Positions 18,597 through 27,972 of a stretch of DNA of 64,000 bases are shown piece after piece. Position 1 is the first letter of the stretch, and the number at the start of each line of letters is the position of its first letter. This DNA comes from a virus, in IMG/VR virus record IMGVR_UViG_3300017774_004344, positions 27,650 to 91,649 of that record. One strand, given 5' to 3'. The notes beneath the pieces were generated by a model that was not told where the DNA came from, made no database searches, and saw nothing but the letters and a program-made list of their open reading frames with translations. Made by a program: the position numbers and the translations under genes.

Positions 18597-19355
18597 ATGA
18601 GCAACACAATAGGGAAAGAAACGTTCGGACTAACTAAGAAAGACTACACGGAAAAGTTAAGTAGAGTGATTGAAAACCACAGGGTGAATTCGCGGTTGGT
18701 TGGCGAACCTAGGGACTTTGTTTTAAGATCTTGCAGACTTTCCCCAACGTGGCAGAAGTTGTCAAATGACCCCGACGTTACTGTTTACTTAAGGAATGTA
18801 GAAACTGCAGGTGGGCGGAAAATTAAAATGATGAGCCTTGAGCGAGGTAGCTCAAAGCAACCAGTACCGAAGGCCAAGCTAATTGACTATTTGTACCCCG
18901 CCAAGAAGATAGCGACAAGCGCGAGCTTAGAAGAGAGACATTATAATGCTGTGAAGGCTTCCATGAGGAATGCGGTTTCATCTCAACTGAAAGATTTTCG
19001 AGATTCCTTGGAACTTCCCGTAACTTGTTACTTGACGGGGAAGAGTATTCGAAGAGGTATGAGAACCGACGTTGACCACGTGGGGCTTTCTTTCGCGGAA
19101 ATTGCCGATTCTTTTATAAGGTTAAATTCTTTAACATACACGGATGTTTCTCTAACGGGACCCCCAACTGCTAAGAAGTTCAAAGATGAGGTTCTGTGGA
19201 AAGACTGGAAGTTGTATCACGAGGCGAAAGCTAGACTCTCTTTAGTTTGCTCTTCAGCTAACCGTTCCAAGGGGTGTGAAGGTTACGAAACCTCTTCAGA
19301 ACTCTTTGGCTCTTTTTCCCAGCAAGACCCTGAAGACCTTTCACTAGAATTTTGA
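18597..19355 (+). CDS. HNH-like endonuclease; the only convincing plus-strand gene
   Basis: TCYLTG...DVDHVG...LVCSSANRSKG; preceded by GGGTAAAG; ends LSLEF. Confidence 0.6.
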   Translation: MSNTIGKETFGLTKKDYTEKLSRVIENHRVNSRLVGEPRDFVLRSCRLSPTWQKLSNDPDVTVYLRNVETAGGRKIKMMSLERGSSKQPVPKAKLIDYLYPAKKIATSASLEERHYNAVKASMRNAVSSQLKDFRDSLELPVTCYLTGKSIRRGMRTDVDHVGLSFAEIADSFIRLNSLTYTDVSLTGPPTAKKFKDEVLWKDWKLYHEAKARLSLVCSSANRSKGCEGYETSSELFGSFSQQDPEDLSLEF

Positions 19356-19444
19356 TTTCGATTACCCAATCCCGGGATTAGTAAGGGTCACATCTACGGA
19401 GGGGTCGCATGACGGTCTAACCCAATCTCGCTGAGTTAAAGCGA

Positions 19445-20038
19445 TTAATCAGCGGGAATCAAGCTAAGAAGCATATCAACAAATTCCCCTGGAAGGTGCA
19501 TCATTCTGGCTGCAGCAGCGAAGTTCCGGATGATGGCAGGATCGGTCTGCACAGAGTTAAACACAGATGACAAGGAAGCGTAGAAGGGGCGAGAATCCGC
19601 ACCGTGAATAACCTCGTTCAATTCAGTTTGGAGTCCTAAGGCATTAACTGGGTCAGAAACAAGGGCCTGTGTAATGATGCCTTTAAATTCAGGGGAACTT
19701 TGGGATAGCAACTTAAAAGCTACCCAGTCAGGTTGCGGAATAGGGCGGTTGATAGCATCCCACTCAGCGATTTCCTGTTCGGTTGCATCGCGGGTAATCC
19801 AAGTTTGTTCCCATTGACCTTCAAAGTTCTGAACAGGTTCAGATTCGCTGATTCGTTGGGTGCGAGGGTCTTCTAGGGCGGGTGGCTCTGTTGGGATAAC
19901 AAAGAAGCAGTCAAAGGGTTGTAGGTCTTCTTCTGAAGGGGATGCCGGGAAGGAGATATTGGGATTTTCTAACCGCAATAGCGAAAGACTATACGGGTAG
20001 ATAAGGTTGGAGCCGGGTTTTGCTAGGGTGTAGTTCAT
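19445..20038 (-). CDS. Tail-fibre-associated / assembly protein
   Basis: YPYS...LR..NPN.SFP...V.P..PP...E..P...W.Q.W pattern common downstream of fibre genes. Confidence 0.55.
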   Translation of the reverse strand: MNYTLAKPGSNLIYPYSLSLLRLENPNISFPASPSEEDLQPFDCFFVIPTEPPALEDPRTQRISESEPVQNFEGQWEQTWITRDATEQEIAEWDAINRPIPQPDWVAFKLLSQSSPEFKGIITQALVSDPVNALGLQTELNEVIHGADSRPFYASLSSVFNSVQTDPAIIRNFAAAARMMHLPGEFVDMLLSLIPAD

Positions 20039-20185
20039 TGGGCCGTATCAGTTGTTGTGCCTGTTAATTTGATTGCTATGTTAGGGTCTTACCCTTGATT
20101 TAAGGCTGGGTCTTCGGCAACCGGGTTGGTGCTAAATTGGTGCTAAATCGATGTAAAAGGGCACATCGCCCCATAACCCCCCGGC

Positions 20186-21100
20186 CTAAATAATTGGGTA
20201 CCGGCAGATCCAAACTCCAGAGCCTCCGGCGCCACCTAAGCTAGCGGTCGGAACTACACCACCCCAAACTATACCACCACCTCCACCACCTCCCAGCCCA
20301 TCGGTACCAGCGATACCATTTCCTGCACCAGTTCGGCCGCCGCCGCCCCCACCACCGCTGCCACCCGTTGCGGCCGGCGTGCCCCCCTGGGAGCCACCGC
20401 CACCTCCACCGCCGTACCGGGTGTTGATGCCTTTAATCGAACTTTCACGACCAGCACCGCCGTTGCCACCAAGACTCCCGAAACCATTCCCACCAGCGCC
20501 ACCAGCACCACCGCCACCGCCGCCACCTCCCTGCCCAGCACCACCGCTCGTGCCCGCAGTGCCACCAGCAAACCCGCCATCATTTCCTATGCCGCCAGCA
20601 CTACCGGGGCGAAACGCTCCGCCACCGTTGCCACCAGCTCCGCCATTATTCGGGGCCGCTTGCCCTAAGAATCTTGCTCCACCACCACCGCCTAACGCGG
20701 TTATCCCAAGGGCCGAAGAGTTTCCACCAGTTCGCTGAAGAACCGTGTACTGGCCGTCAGTACCACCAAGACCGCCGCTACCAATGGTAATTGTATAACT
20801 TTGTACTGTGACCAGGGAGCTTCCGACCTTGACGCCACCGCCGCCACCAGCACCACCCCCGCCGGTTGAGTTATCTCCACCATTACCACCACCACCACCA
20901 GCGACGAGCAAGTATTCAACCGTGGCCCCCGCCTCGGCGAATGTAACAACAAATGACCCAGAAGCCGAAAATGTGTGAACTTTATATTTCACTCTTGAAA
21001 TGGTGATTATTTCTTCCGTGCCGCCTGTAGCTTCTATTATTTTGATAGGTTCAGCAGGGGAGTTGAACCCAGCAGCCAGTAAAGAGCGTTGATTGTTCAT
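20186..21100 (-). CDS. Glycine-rich tail-fibre-associated protein
   Basis: ATGG...YKVHTF...VEYLLVAGGGGG...GGSGV.I.RY glycine-rich domain. Confidence 0.8.
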   Translation of the reverse strand: MNNQRSLLAAGFNSPAEPIKIIEATGGTEEIITISRVKYKVHTFSASGSFVVTFAEAGATVEYLLVAGGGGGNGGDNSTGGGGAGGGGGVKVGSSLVTVQSYTITIGSGGLGGTDGQYTVLQRTGGNSSALGITALGGGGGARFLGQAAPNNGGAGGNGGGAFRPGSAGGIGNDGGFAGGTAGTSGGAGQGGGGGGGGAGGAGGNGFGSLGGNGGAGRESSIKGINTRYGGGGGGGSQGGTPAATGGSGGGGGGGRTGAGNGIAGTDGLGGGGGGGIVWGGVVPTASLGGAGGSGVWICRYPII

Positions 21101-21102
21101 GA

Positions 21103-24100
21103 TTATGCTGTTAGTCTCCCATACAAGTAAGAAACATCAATAACTGTCCCCCCACCAACAACCGTGATGATTAAAGTCTCAGTTTCATTTGGCGTTGGTA
21201 TAATTGCCGTATCTCCGTCCCACCTCACCGTGTAGCCAGTGTTACCGGGAAACCAATTTATGGCCCCAGATGTATATGCAAACGAGAATACACACCTCCA
21301 GACTGTCCCGGTGGGAATACTCGTGAGGTTGGAAAGGTTTACCGTCGTAGCGCCTGCAATGGCCGCACTCGTTACAAACTCATTCCCTAGAGTTGCATTC
21401 AGGGTATAGGTCCCGGCAGATGCCGTAATTGTCGTTCTAATTGAATATTGGGTACCGTAGGTTACACCCGAAACTGAACCCCCTGTAAAAGAGACATTTG
21501 CAGAACCTAGAGTAACCCCGGAGATTGCTCCACCTGTGATGGCTACGTTGTTAGCGGCCTGCGCTGCCATGGTTCCAGCACCTGATATTGTGCTAAGCGC
21601 TTGAGTACCAGTATGGTTAGCGCGATTCAAAAGGAAAGTATCAGTCTGGTTTGCAGTTGCTCCATCTGCAACACCGTTAAGCTTTAATTTATCAGCTGCA
21701 CTCATGGTCCCGCGAGCGGAAGTTGTTGCTGCTGCGATAGACAAAGTCCTCACATAGCTCCAAATTCCTATCCCGTTTACACTAGCATTGCCGATAACAC
21801 TTAAAGGCCCACCGAGTTCGGTAGCCACGCTAGTAACATAACGACTACCGGTGTACTCCTTAACAGCGAACTGAGTTGGTACGGTATTCCCATCGGCAAC
21901 CCCTGTACTTGCGATTAAGCTTGTGTTATTGCTAACCTCGCGAAGCTGCTCGCCGACTGTGCTAATACCGCCGTTTCTGCTGAATGGCCCGATGAAATTC
22001 AAGCCCGACAAGTTAAACTGATCTGTATTAATTGTAACAGCGCCAGTGGTACCGTCTACATTAAAGCTGTTTCCGACTGAAAAGTTTCCAAGTTCATCGG
22101 TGTTGCTGCTAAATACTCTACCGTTGTTCGTTTCAATTATGTGGTTGGCAGGGACGGGTACCCCTCCGTTATATGGTAAGGCATCATAGTTTGTGCCAGA
22201 GCCAACATATTCAAAAGTGTGGCTTGGGGCGCTAACTTGGCTTCGGTTTCTAAAATCAATAACTTGGTTGGCATCGATCGTATTTTTTAGGCCCCCGTTA
22301 GTTCCAGAATAGAAGTTAATTCGGTAACCCGCTTGATTAGGTGCGTTAAACGGTACAGGATTTCCGTTAATATCAATCGGAACACTACCTGTAATCACGT
22401 AGCCCGAAGTTGGGCAAATAAAGTTTAGGCCCTCAACCGTGACGGTTCCAGAAGACGCCCCAGGCAAAGGGGTTACGGTTGTGATCGTTACGAGCCCAGT
22501 GTTTTTAACATAGGTACAATCTGCCACCCCATAGTTAGTTGAACCGATAGTGGCCGTACCACCTGAAACATATTCGTGTTCTGGGCCAGAAGGAGTTGCC
22601 GCAGCTTGATAAGTGAAGGTATTGGCGCCGACTTTTGTATAGGAAAACGCTGTAGCACCACCACTTGGGAAAGGAAGTTGAGGGAATAGTAAAATACCGG
22701 AACTAGGGCGGCTAGAGGAACTACAAGTGAAAAACAGATTCTGCATCGTCACTTGTGCGCCCAAGGTAGGAGCATAACCTGCAGCTGTCAGGACCGTGGA
22801 GCCAGTCAGGTTGTTGTAAGTACAACTTGTGACTGGATAAGTATTAGCGCCGATGGTAACAGTTCCGCCACCGATATACTCGTGCCTGATGGAGCTGGTA
22901 CCTATGGTTACCGTGAAGCTAGACCCTGCGGATGCACCACCTCTAGCTGTGATCGTGACGGCATTTCCAGGACTTCCCGCGCCCCCTGCAGTAGGGTATT
23001 TGAGTTGTCTCCCTAATCTATTAGCACCCAAGTCTATTACATCAATTTCGGTGTCCCCCTGGCGAATAACTGTGTAAGTCCCGGTAGCAGTTCCGGAAAT
23101 ATCAACTGGAGGTCCACCTTGGGTCAAAGAAACTCTGAAATCTACCGTAGTGAAACCACTGGAAATCACAAAGTATTTCGTCCCTGTTACTATGTTATCC
23201 GGGAAAGTTCCTTGCGAACAGTTAAAGACAACTTGGTCGTCAATTGAGAGCCCATGCCCCAAAAGGTCGATGCAAGTTATCAGATCGGTAGAAACATTAA
23301 ATGTAACACCTTTTTCAATCCTGGACGCACCAAATGCGGACACCCGTGCTTTTGCGGTGTACAGGGGGGATGGGGAGTAACCATCGGCCATTAATCCGTA
23401 TGTACCAAAGTCACTAGTACCACCACCAGAAAGGTTAACTTGGCCTCCGCTTTCAGTACGAACATGGTAGATACAGAAAGTCCCGAAGAACGAAACTAAC
23501 TGCGCGTAACCATCATTTTTGACAAGGCAACCCGGACCACCGAGGTTAACCTGCGTGAAGCTGTCCACCACCATTGATCGGATGGGGCTATTTTTAGCAC
23601 AGGATGCACCATCAACAATGATTCCACCACCTGTATCACCAGTTGACTGGGAGCCTGCGTTACCGTTGTCGTCTTCTGCAGTCAGGGAGGTACAGTTTTG
23701 GATGTAGGGGGATTTGAAAATGTAAGCCCCAGGGCCGACAGCTCCTAGTGCAGTGTTATCAGCAGTTTCATCAAAGCTGACGGACCAGGCTTGCTTCCCA
23801 GTAGAGCTATCTGCTTGATGCCCCGCAAATTCCAGACCCCAACACCAGAATCCACTATCTACTTTGAAAATATCATTATATTCTTGACCGGCTACAGGTT
23901 GTACCCGTGCGTTACGAAGACCCTTACCCAAAATGCCAACATCACGCTTCCAACGAATAGGGAGACTCGGTTCAGTATAAAGACCGGGGCCAACTTCAAC
24001 CAGATCCCCAGGTTGGGCCGCTGCTGCTGCTGCGCCAAGTGTTAGTAACGGTTCCCCTAGAGAAGTTCCATTGTTGCTGTCGCTAGCGTAAATACTCTTG

Positions 24101-24711
24101 GAAACATAAATCCTATTACTATCTCTGAACTTCAGAAGTTGCTGTTGCAGGGTGGCAATGTTTGTGTTCGCAGTAGATAAACCTGAACTTATAGTTCCTA
24201 TGTTGGTGCTTAAGAGACTGATTGCCTTTGGGGTGGCTGCCAATGTCTCGGAAACATCAGTCAAAGATGACGAAAGCTGGACTTGCCCCTTTTGGGTAAG
24301 GGATGCGTTCAGATTGAATCTTTGGGGATTCCCGGCAGAATCTGTGAAGATAAGGAAGGGGTTACTAGCCGTATTGGTAAGGGATAGGTCTCCCAAATCC
24401 CCGGTACCGCCTCCACCTTGGATAGCAATCCAAGCAGACCCGCTCCAAATTTTGAGTTCTCCATTAACAGTATCATACCACATTTCCCCGATGCAGTTTC
24501 CTGCAAATAGCGGTGGCAAGACTCCGGAATTAGGGGGTACAGGGCCAATGTGACAAGGCCCAACTTTCCGAAGGTTACCGGCTGTGTCAGAGAAATATAA
24601 ACCTGGCTCAGCAGGATTAATGTTCGCAGCCAGTTGACCCGGTAAAAGAGTTGCAGGGTTGGCCCGCTTCTTTGCCTCTAGACTCCTTAGGATTTGGATT
24701 GTTTGGGGCAT
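21103..24711 (-). CDS. Large tail fibre / spike protein (1202 aa)
   Basis: AATPKA fibre repeat, beta-helix-like SPYIQNCT domain, SHTFEYVGSG; N-terminus shared with the 1589-aa protein. Confidence 0.75.
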   Translation of the reverse strand: MPQTIQILRSLEAKKRANPATLLPGQLAANINPAEPGLYFSDTAGNLRKVGPCHIGPVPPNSGVLPPLFAGNCIGEMWYDTVNGELKIWSGSAWIAIQGGGGTGDLGDLSLTNTASNPFLIFTDSAGNPQRFNLNASLTQKGQVQLSSSLTDVSETLAATPKAISLLSTNIGTISSGLSTANTNIATLQQQLLKFRDSNRIYVSKSIYASDSNNGTSLGEPLLTLGAAAAAAQPGDLVEVGPGLYTEPSLPIRWKRDVGILGKGLRNARVQPVAGQEYNDIFKVDSGFWCWGLEFAGHQADSSTGKQAWSVSFDETADNTALGAVGPGAYIFKSPYIQNCTSLTAEDDNGNAGSQSTGDTGGGIIVDGASCAKNSPIRSMVVDSFTQVNLGGPGCLVKNDGYAQLVSFFGTFCIYHVRTESGGQVNLSGGGTSDFGTYGLMADGYSPSPLYTAKARVSAFGASRIEKGVTFNVSTDLITCIDLLGHGLSIDDQVVFNCSQGTFPDNIVTGTKYFVISSGFTTVDFRVSLTQGGPPVDISGTATGTYTVIRQGDTEIDVIDLGANRLGRQLKYPTAGGAGSPGNAVTITARGGASAGSSFTVTIGTSSIRHEYIGGGTVTIGANTYPVTSCTYNNLTGSTVLTAAGYAPTLGAQVTMQNLFFTCSSSSRPSSGILLFPQLPFPSGGATAFSYTKVGANTFTYQAAATPSGPEHEYVSGGTATIGSTNYGVADCTYVKNTGLVTITTVTPLPGASSGTVTVEGLNFICPTSGYVITGSVPIDINGNPVPFNAPNQAGYRINFYSGTNGGLKNTIDANQVIDFRNRSQVSAPSHTFEYVGSGTNYDALPYNGGVPVPANHIIETNNGRVFSSNTDELGNFSVGNSFNVDGTTGAVTINTDQFNLSGLNFIGPFSRNGGISTVGEQLREVSNNTSLIASTGVADGNTVPTQFAVKEYTGSRYVTSVATELGGPLSVIGNASVNGIGIWSYVRTLSIAAATTSARGTMSAADKLKLNGVADGATANQTDTFLLNRANHTGTQALSTISGAGTMAAQAANNVAITGGAISGVTLGSANVSFTGGSVSGVTYGTQYSIRTTITASAGTYTLNATLGNEFVTSAAIAGATTVNLSNLTSIPTGTVWRCVFSFAYTSGAINWFPGNTGYTVRWDGDTAIIPTPNETETLIITVVGGGTVIDVSYLYGRLTA

Positions 24712-24841
24712 GGTGACTTAGAGTTCGTTTTTAGTCCTTATAGTGAGTTATACCCGCCCGTTTAAGGGGGAAGGTGACCAGGTTTAGATAGTTTCACCCT
24801 TTCCACAGGGCTGGGAGCTAGTTCGTTTTGCGAAGCAAAAC

Positions 24842-26341
24842 TTAGTTTGTGTATACGATCCAACCTTTTGCAACTAGGGATAACTTAGCCGTCAAACCAG
24901 CACCGCTAGGCGCAGCTGAAGTTCCGTTGTCAAGGTGGACTGTACCGTTGCTTTGACCGGCAGTGTCAAGAGACACGAGAATGTTGTTAACGCTTGTTTG
25001 AGTCAGGGCGCAGTACCCCCATGCGAAGGAGAAGTTAGTTGCGGTGCAAGTATCAAACATCCCTGCTGGGAAGGATCTTAGGGCAGTGCAGCCGTCCCAA
25101 GCACTCTGAAAGTTAGTTCCGGAGCTTAGATCTAAGGTTCCGGGGAAAGAGGTTAGACTGCTGCAACGGGTCCAAGCACTCTGAAAGCTAGTTCCAGAGC
25201 TTAAGTCAAGGGTTCCCGGGAAGGATCCTAGGAAAGTGCAGACGGACCAAGCCCCCTCAAAGTTAGTTCCAGAGCTTAAGTCAAGGGTTCCCGGGAAGGA
25301 TCTTAGGGCAGTGCAGAGGGACCAAGCACTCTGAAAGTTAGTTCCAGAGCTTAAGTCGAGAAGAGGGAAAGATATAAAGCCATTGGTGCAGTTGGACCAA
25401 GCACCCTGAAAGTTAGTTCCAGAGCTTGTGTCAAGTGGGGGTAAAGATGTTAAGCCGCTTGAATGCCAAGTGAACTGGAAGTTAGTACATGCGCTTGTAT
25501 CAATACAAGGGAAATCCCCTATTCCTGGGCAGTTGCTCCAAGCATAAGCTAGGTTAGTAACACCAGCAGTATTCACGTTTGTATTGCAGTTGTATGGTGG
25601 GTATGTTACCGGAAGACTGGGGTATGTGGGGGTGCAAGTTATGTATTGAGTAGAAGTCGCGAAATTGCACCATGCGGACCAACTGGATACAATGGCCGGG
25701 GACGACGATGAGCGATATCTGACACGGGCGAAGTAGGTACTATTACCTAGTAAGGTGGGGGAGGCTATGTTAAAGGAGGTTAGGTTGGAAGTGTTTGCTA
25801 CTGAGTTTATGACCTGTGTGCCTTTATACAGGGTTTGACCTACGCTCCAATCGGGATCACCCGGATTCAGAACCACGGTAGTAGAGTTGATTGAGGAGAT
25901 TGTTCCTGTAGCAGTATTTATGCCAGAGAGACCATTGGTCACTGTATCCCCGATAGAGAAACCGTCTAAATTAGCCCCGAGGATTGTTAAGGTGGTTGAT
26001 AGGCTGAGGGATGATACGCCTGTAATGGTGTTAGAGCTTATTACCAAGGGATTGTCCAAAGAAACCTGCCAATCGCTGCTTTGGTGTGACCCAGGGCTGT
26101 TAATTCCGGCGTAAGTACTAGATGTCAGGGTCAATCCTGCACTAACATTTACATTATCAGCCCCATCTACAGGGAAGGTGATGGAGGGTGTGGTAATGGA
26201 GGGCGGATTAGGGACTGGGGGCGTACCGCCAGCCGAGGATGTCCAAACCCCCTTCGCACTATCCCAAGTATAAACAGCACTGTTAGGGGCGTTATACTGC
26301 TGCCCGGGAGTAGGATTGTTCGGGAAATCTAAAATTGGCAT
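24842..26341 (-). CDS. Fibre-associated protein with FnIII-like region and BspA/DUF285-like leucine-rich repeats
   Basis: LDFP..PT.GQ.Y anchor, YFARVRY..SSWS, and seven about 25-aa SFPxxLDxSSGTNFxxAWxxC repeats. Confidence 0.75.
   Translation of the reverse strand: MPILDFPNNPTPGQQYNAPNSAVYTWDSAKGVWTSSAGGTPPVPNPPSITTPSITFPVDGADNVNVSAGLTLTSSTYAGINSPGSHQSSDWQVSLDNPLVISSNTITGVSSLSLSTTLTILGANLDGFSIGDTVTNGLSGINTATGTISSINSTTVVLNPGDPDWSVGQTLYKGTQVINSVANTSNLTSFNIASPTLLGNSTYFARVRYRSSSSPAIVSSWSAWCNFATSTQYITCTPTYPSLPVTYPPYNCNTNVNTAGVTNLAYAWSNCPGIGDFPCIDTSACTNFQFTWHSSGLTSLPPLDTSSGTNFQGAWSNCTNGFISFPLLDLSSGTNFQSAWSLCTALRSFPGTLDLSSGTNFEGAWSVCTFLGSFPGTLDLSSGTSFQSAWTRCSSLTSFPGTLDLSSGTNFQSAWDGCTALRSFPAGMFDTCTATNFSFAWGYCALTQTSVNNILVSLDTAGQSNGTVHLDNGTSAAPSGAGLTAKLSLVAKGWIVYTN
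25065..25510. repeat. Tandem 72-75 bp coding repeats
   Basis: Near-identical units containing aagttagttccagagcttaagtcaagggttcccgggaagga. Confidence 0.85.
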
Positions 26342-26451
26342 TGTTCGTCTTTGCTTTATAAAGAAGTTTTACCCTTTTCCCTAGTCTAGACTACTGCAGT
26401 ATTCAACATCGGTGACCCTAATATAACTATCAAATAAGGGCCCACATTATA

Positions 26452-26889
26452 CTATTTCACTTTTGTTTGTATTCCAAGTAACTCCTTAAGTTCCTTGATG
26501 GTAAGTCCTACTGCAGATAATTTCTCTAATGGAGTCAATACTGGTGGTGCGGGGTACTTTTCTAGTACCCAACTCCCTCTCCAGATCAAGCTATCCCCAT
26601 TGGGAACTTCCGGCGGTGCTTCTTTGGTTGCGTTATCGGGTGCTTCTAGTGGATTACAGTTTGTTATAATTTGTTGAGTTTCAGTGGAATGATAGATCCC
26701 TCTTTGGTCCTCAACAATACTCCAAGAAGTTCCATTAAAGATTTGTATTTGATTTGACCCGCAAGCAGGAGGTTGAATGTTGGTTGCATGAGCAGGAATG
26801 AGAAATGCTCCAGGTTCTAATGGAGATTCATCTGCATCCGATTCCTGACAAAAATGCTTATATTCTGGATGGTAGTTGAAGACTTTCAT
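26452..26889 (-). CDS. Tail fibre assembly chaperone (Tfa-like)
   Basis: ESPLEPG.FLIPAHAT..QPP...F.G..W..VED.RG; downstream of the collar protein. Confidence 0.75.
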   Translation of the reverse strand: MKVFNYHPEYKHFCQESDADESPLEPGAFLIPAHATNIQPPACGSNQIQIFNGTSWSIVEDQRGIYHSTETQQIITNCNPLEAPDNATKEAPPEVPNGDSLIWRGSWVLEKYPAPPVLTPLEKLSAVGLTIKELKELLGIQTKVK

Positions 26890-26894
26890 AATTT

Positions 26895-27440
26895 TCAGTA
26901 TTTAATGCAAGCAAGAAGTGCTATGTTTCTTGGACGAGTTTCTACACCCCCTTGGTTTAAAATAGCAAAAGTTACTTCCCCAATGCCACTACCGGAAAAA
27001 TTAGTACTAACACCAGGATCTATTCTACCGGCCATTTTAGTACCATTACTACTATAGGGGTGATTGTGACTCTTAAAGTCGTCTGCCTGAGTTTGGCCAA
27101 AAGGTCTTCCGATATCATAAGTTGTTCCATTATCTGACCAGCTACGAATAAATTGTCCCCTCAGGTCTGGAAGATTAAAAGAAGCTCCACTTCCACCAAA
27201 GGTATAATTAATTACCGCAAATAATGAGGCATAAGTTGCTGTGGATAGTGAAGCACCATTTGCCTTCAGGTACCCTGCCGGAGCACTAGAAGAGGCATAA
27301 TAAATGACGGTTCCTGGTGAACCTATTGCTCCTGTAGCCTCGGCGTTCCAAGCCCCATCCGCAGTGCTCCAAGTGTAGGTAACCCCGTTGGGACCTACAT
27401 ATATTTGCCCATTTGTGGGGCTAGTTGGAAAGTTTAACAT
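26895..27440 (-). CDS. Short tail fibre protein with tail collar domain
   Basis: G.V..YA....P.GYL.ANG...Y..LF.VI...F.LPDLRG.FIR, HNH tip motif, ETRPRNIAL..CIKY. Confidence 0.88.
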   Translation of the reverse strand: MLNFPTSPTNGQIYVGPNGVTYTWSTADGAWNAEATGAIGSPGTVIYYASSSAPAGYLKANGASLSTATYASLFAVINYTFGGSGASFNLPDLRGQFIRSWSDNGTTYDIGRPFGQTQADDFKSHNHPYSSNGTKMAGRIDPGVSTNFSGSGIGEVTFAILNQGGVETRPRNIALLACIKY

Positions 27441-27455
27441 TGGTTCTCTATTGTA

Positions 27456-27962
27456 TCAGGGGCTAGGGGGCCAATGGGAATACTCTTCGCTATTGACGTA
27501 TGTATCTAGGCTTTCAGGAGATTCGCACCCTTGGATGGCGTCGGTTTTTGATTCCGCTGCGGTACGAATTGACTCACGCCACGTGATTGTTTCCGGAAGT
27601 GCTTCCACACCGGTTTCTGATTGGCGAACAACTACCCAATCAGTCGGTTGTAACAGGGAATAGGCTTTGGAACTTACTGCCTGTTCGTAGGTTGTTTTAC
27701 TATCGGTCAGGGGCAAAAGTTGAACGGCGTATGCCAGGGTAGCATCGTTGCCTTCGATAACAAAACTTGACTCCAAAGTGTAAATCAGGGGGTTGAAAGC
27801 TGGGGGTTGACTGTTAGTGAACTTGTAGAAACCGGCAGCCGCTAGTTGCCCAGGGGTGCTTACGCTAGGGTCAATGCCCCCGTAATAAGCGACCCAGTTT
27901 TTGTCCACAACTTTTGAGTCGTTTTCCCCTGCGTTAGAGTTGTAAAAGTAAAGTAAAGCCAT
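27456..27962 (-). CDS. Tail fibre assembly chaperone-like protein
   Basis: LLQPTDW.V.R..E...WR..IR motif. Confidence 0.6.
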   Translation of the reverse strand: MALLYFYNSNAGENDSKVVDKNWVAYYGGIDPSVSTPGQLAAAGFYKFTNSQPPAFNPLIYTLESSFVIEGNDATLAYAVQLLPLTDSKTTYEQAVSSKAYSLLQPTDWVVVRQSETGVEALPETITWRESIRTAAESKTDAIQGCESPESLDTYVNSEEYSHWPPSP

Positions 27963-27972
27963 TGTTTTCTAT

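Noticed and set aside
18597-19355. Nuclease acting as the trans homing partner for the capsid introns
   Set aside because: It lies about 44 kb away; collaborative homing normally needs close linkage, and nothing in the sequence supports the link.
20127-20148. 11-bp tandem duplication ttggtgctaaa, two copies
   Set aside because: Only two copies in an intergenic spacer; most likely replication slippage with no supportable function.
20379-20738. Proline-rich plus-strand ORF, and most other plus-strand ORFs in the track
   Set aside because: These are antisense shadows of minus-strand genes (Gly codons read as Pro), with no independent signals.
25065-25510. Regularly spaced repeats resembling a CRISPR array or a DGR template/variable pair
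   Set aside because: The repeats are in-frame coding units with related intervening sequence; no cas or reverse transcriptase gene is present and differences are not adenine-specific.
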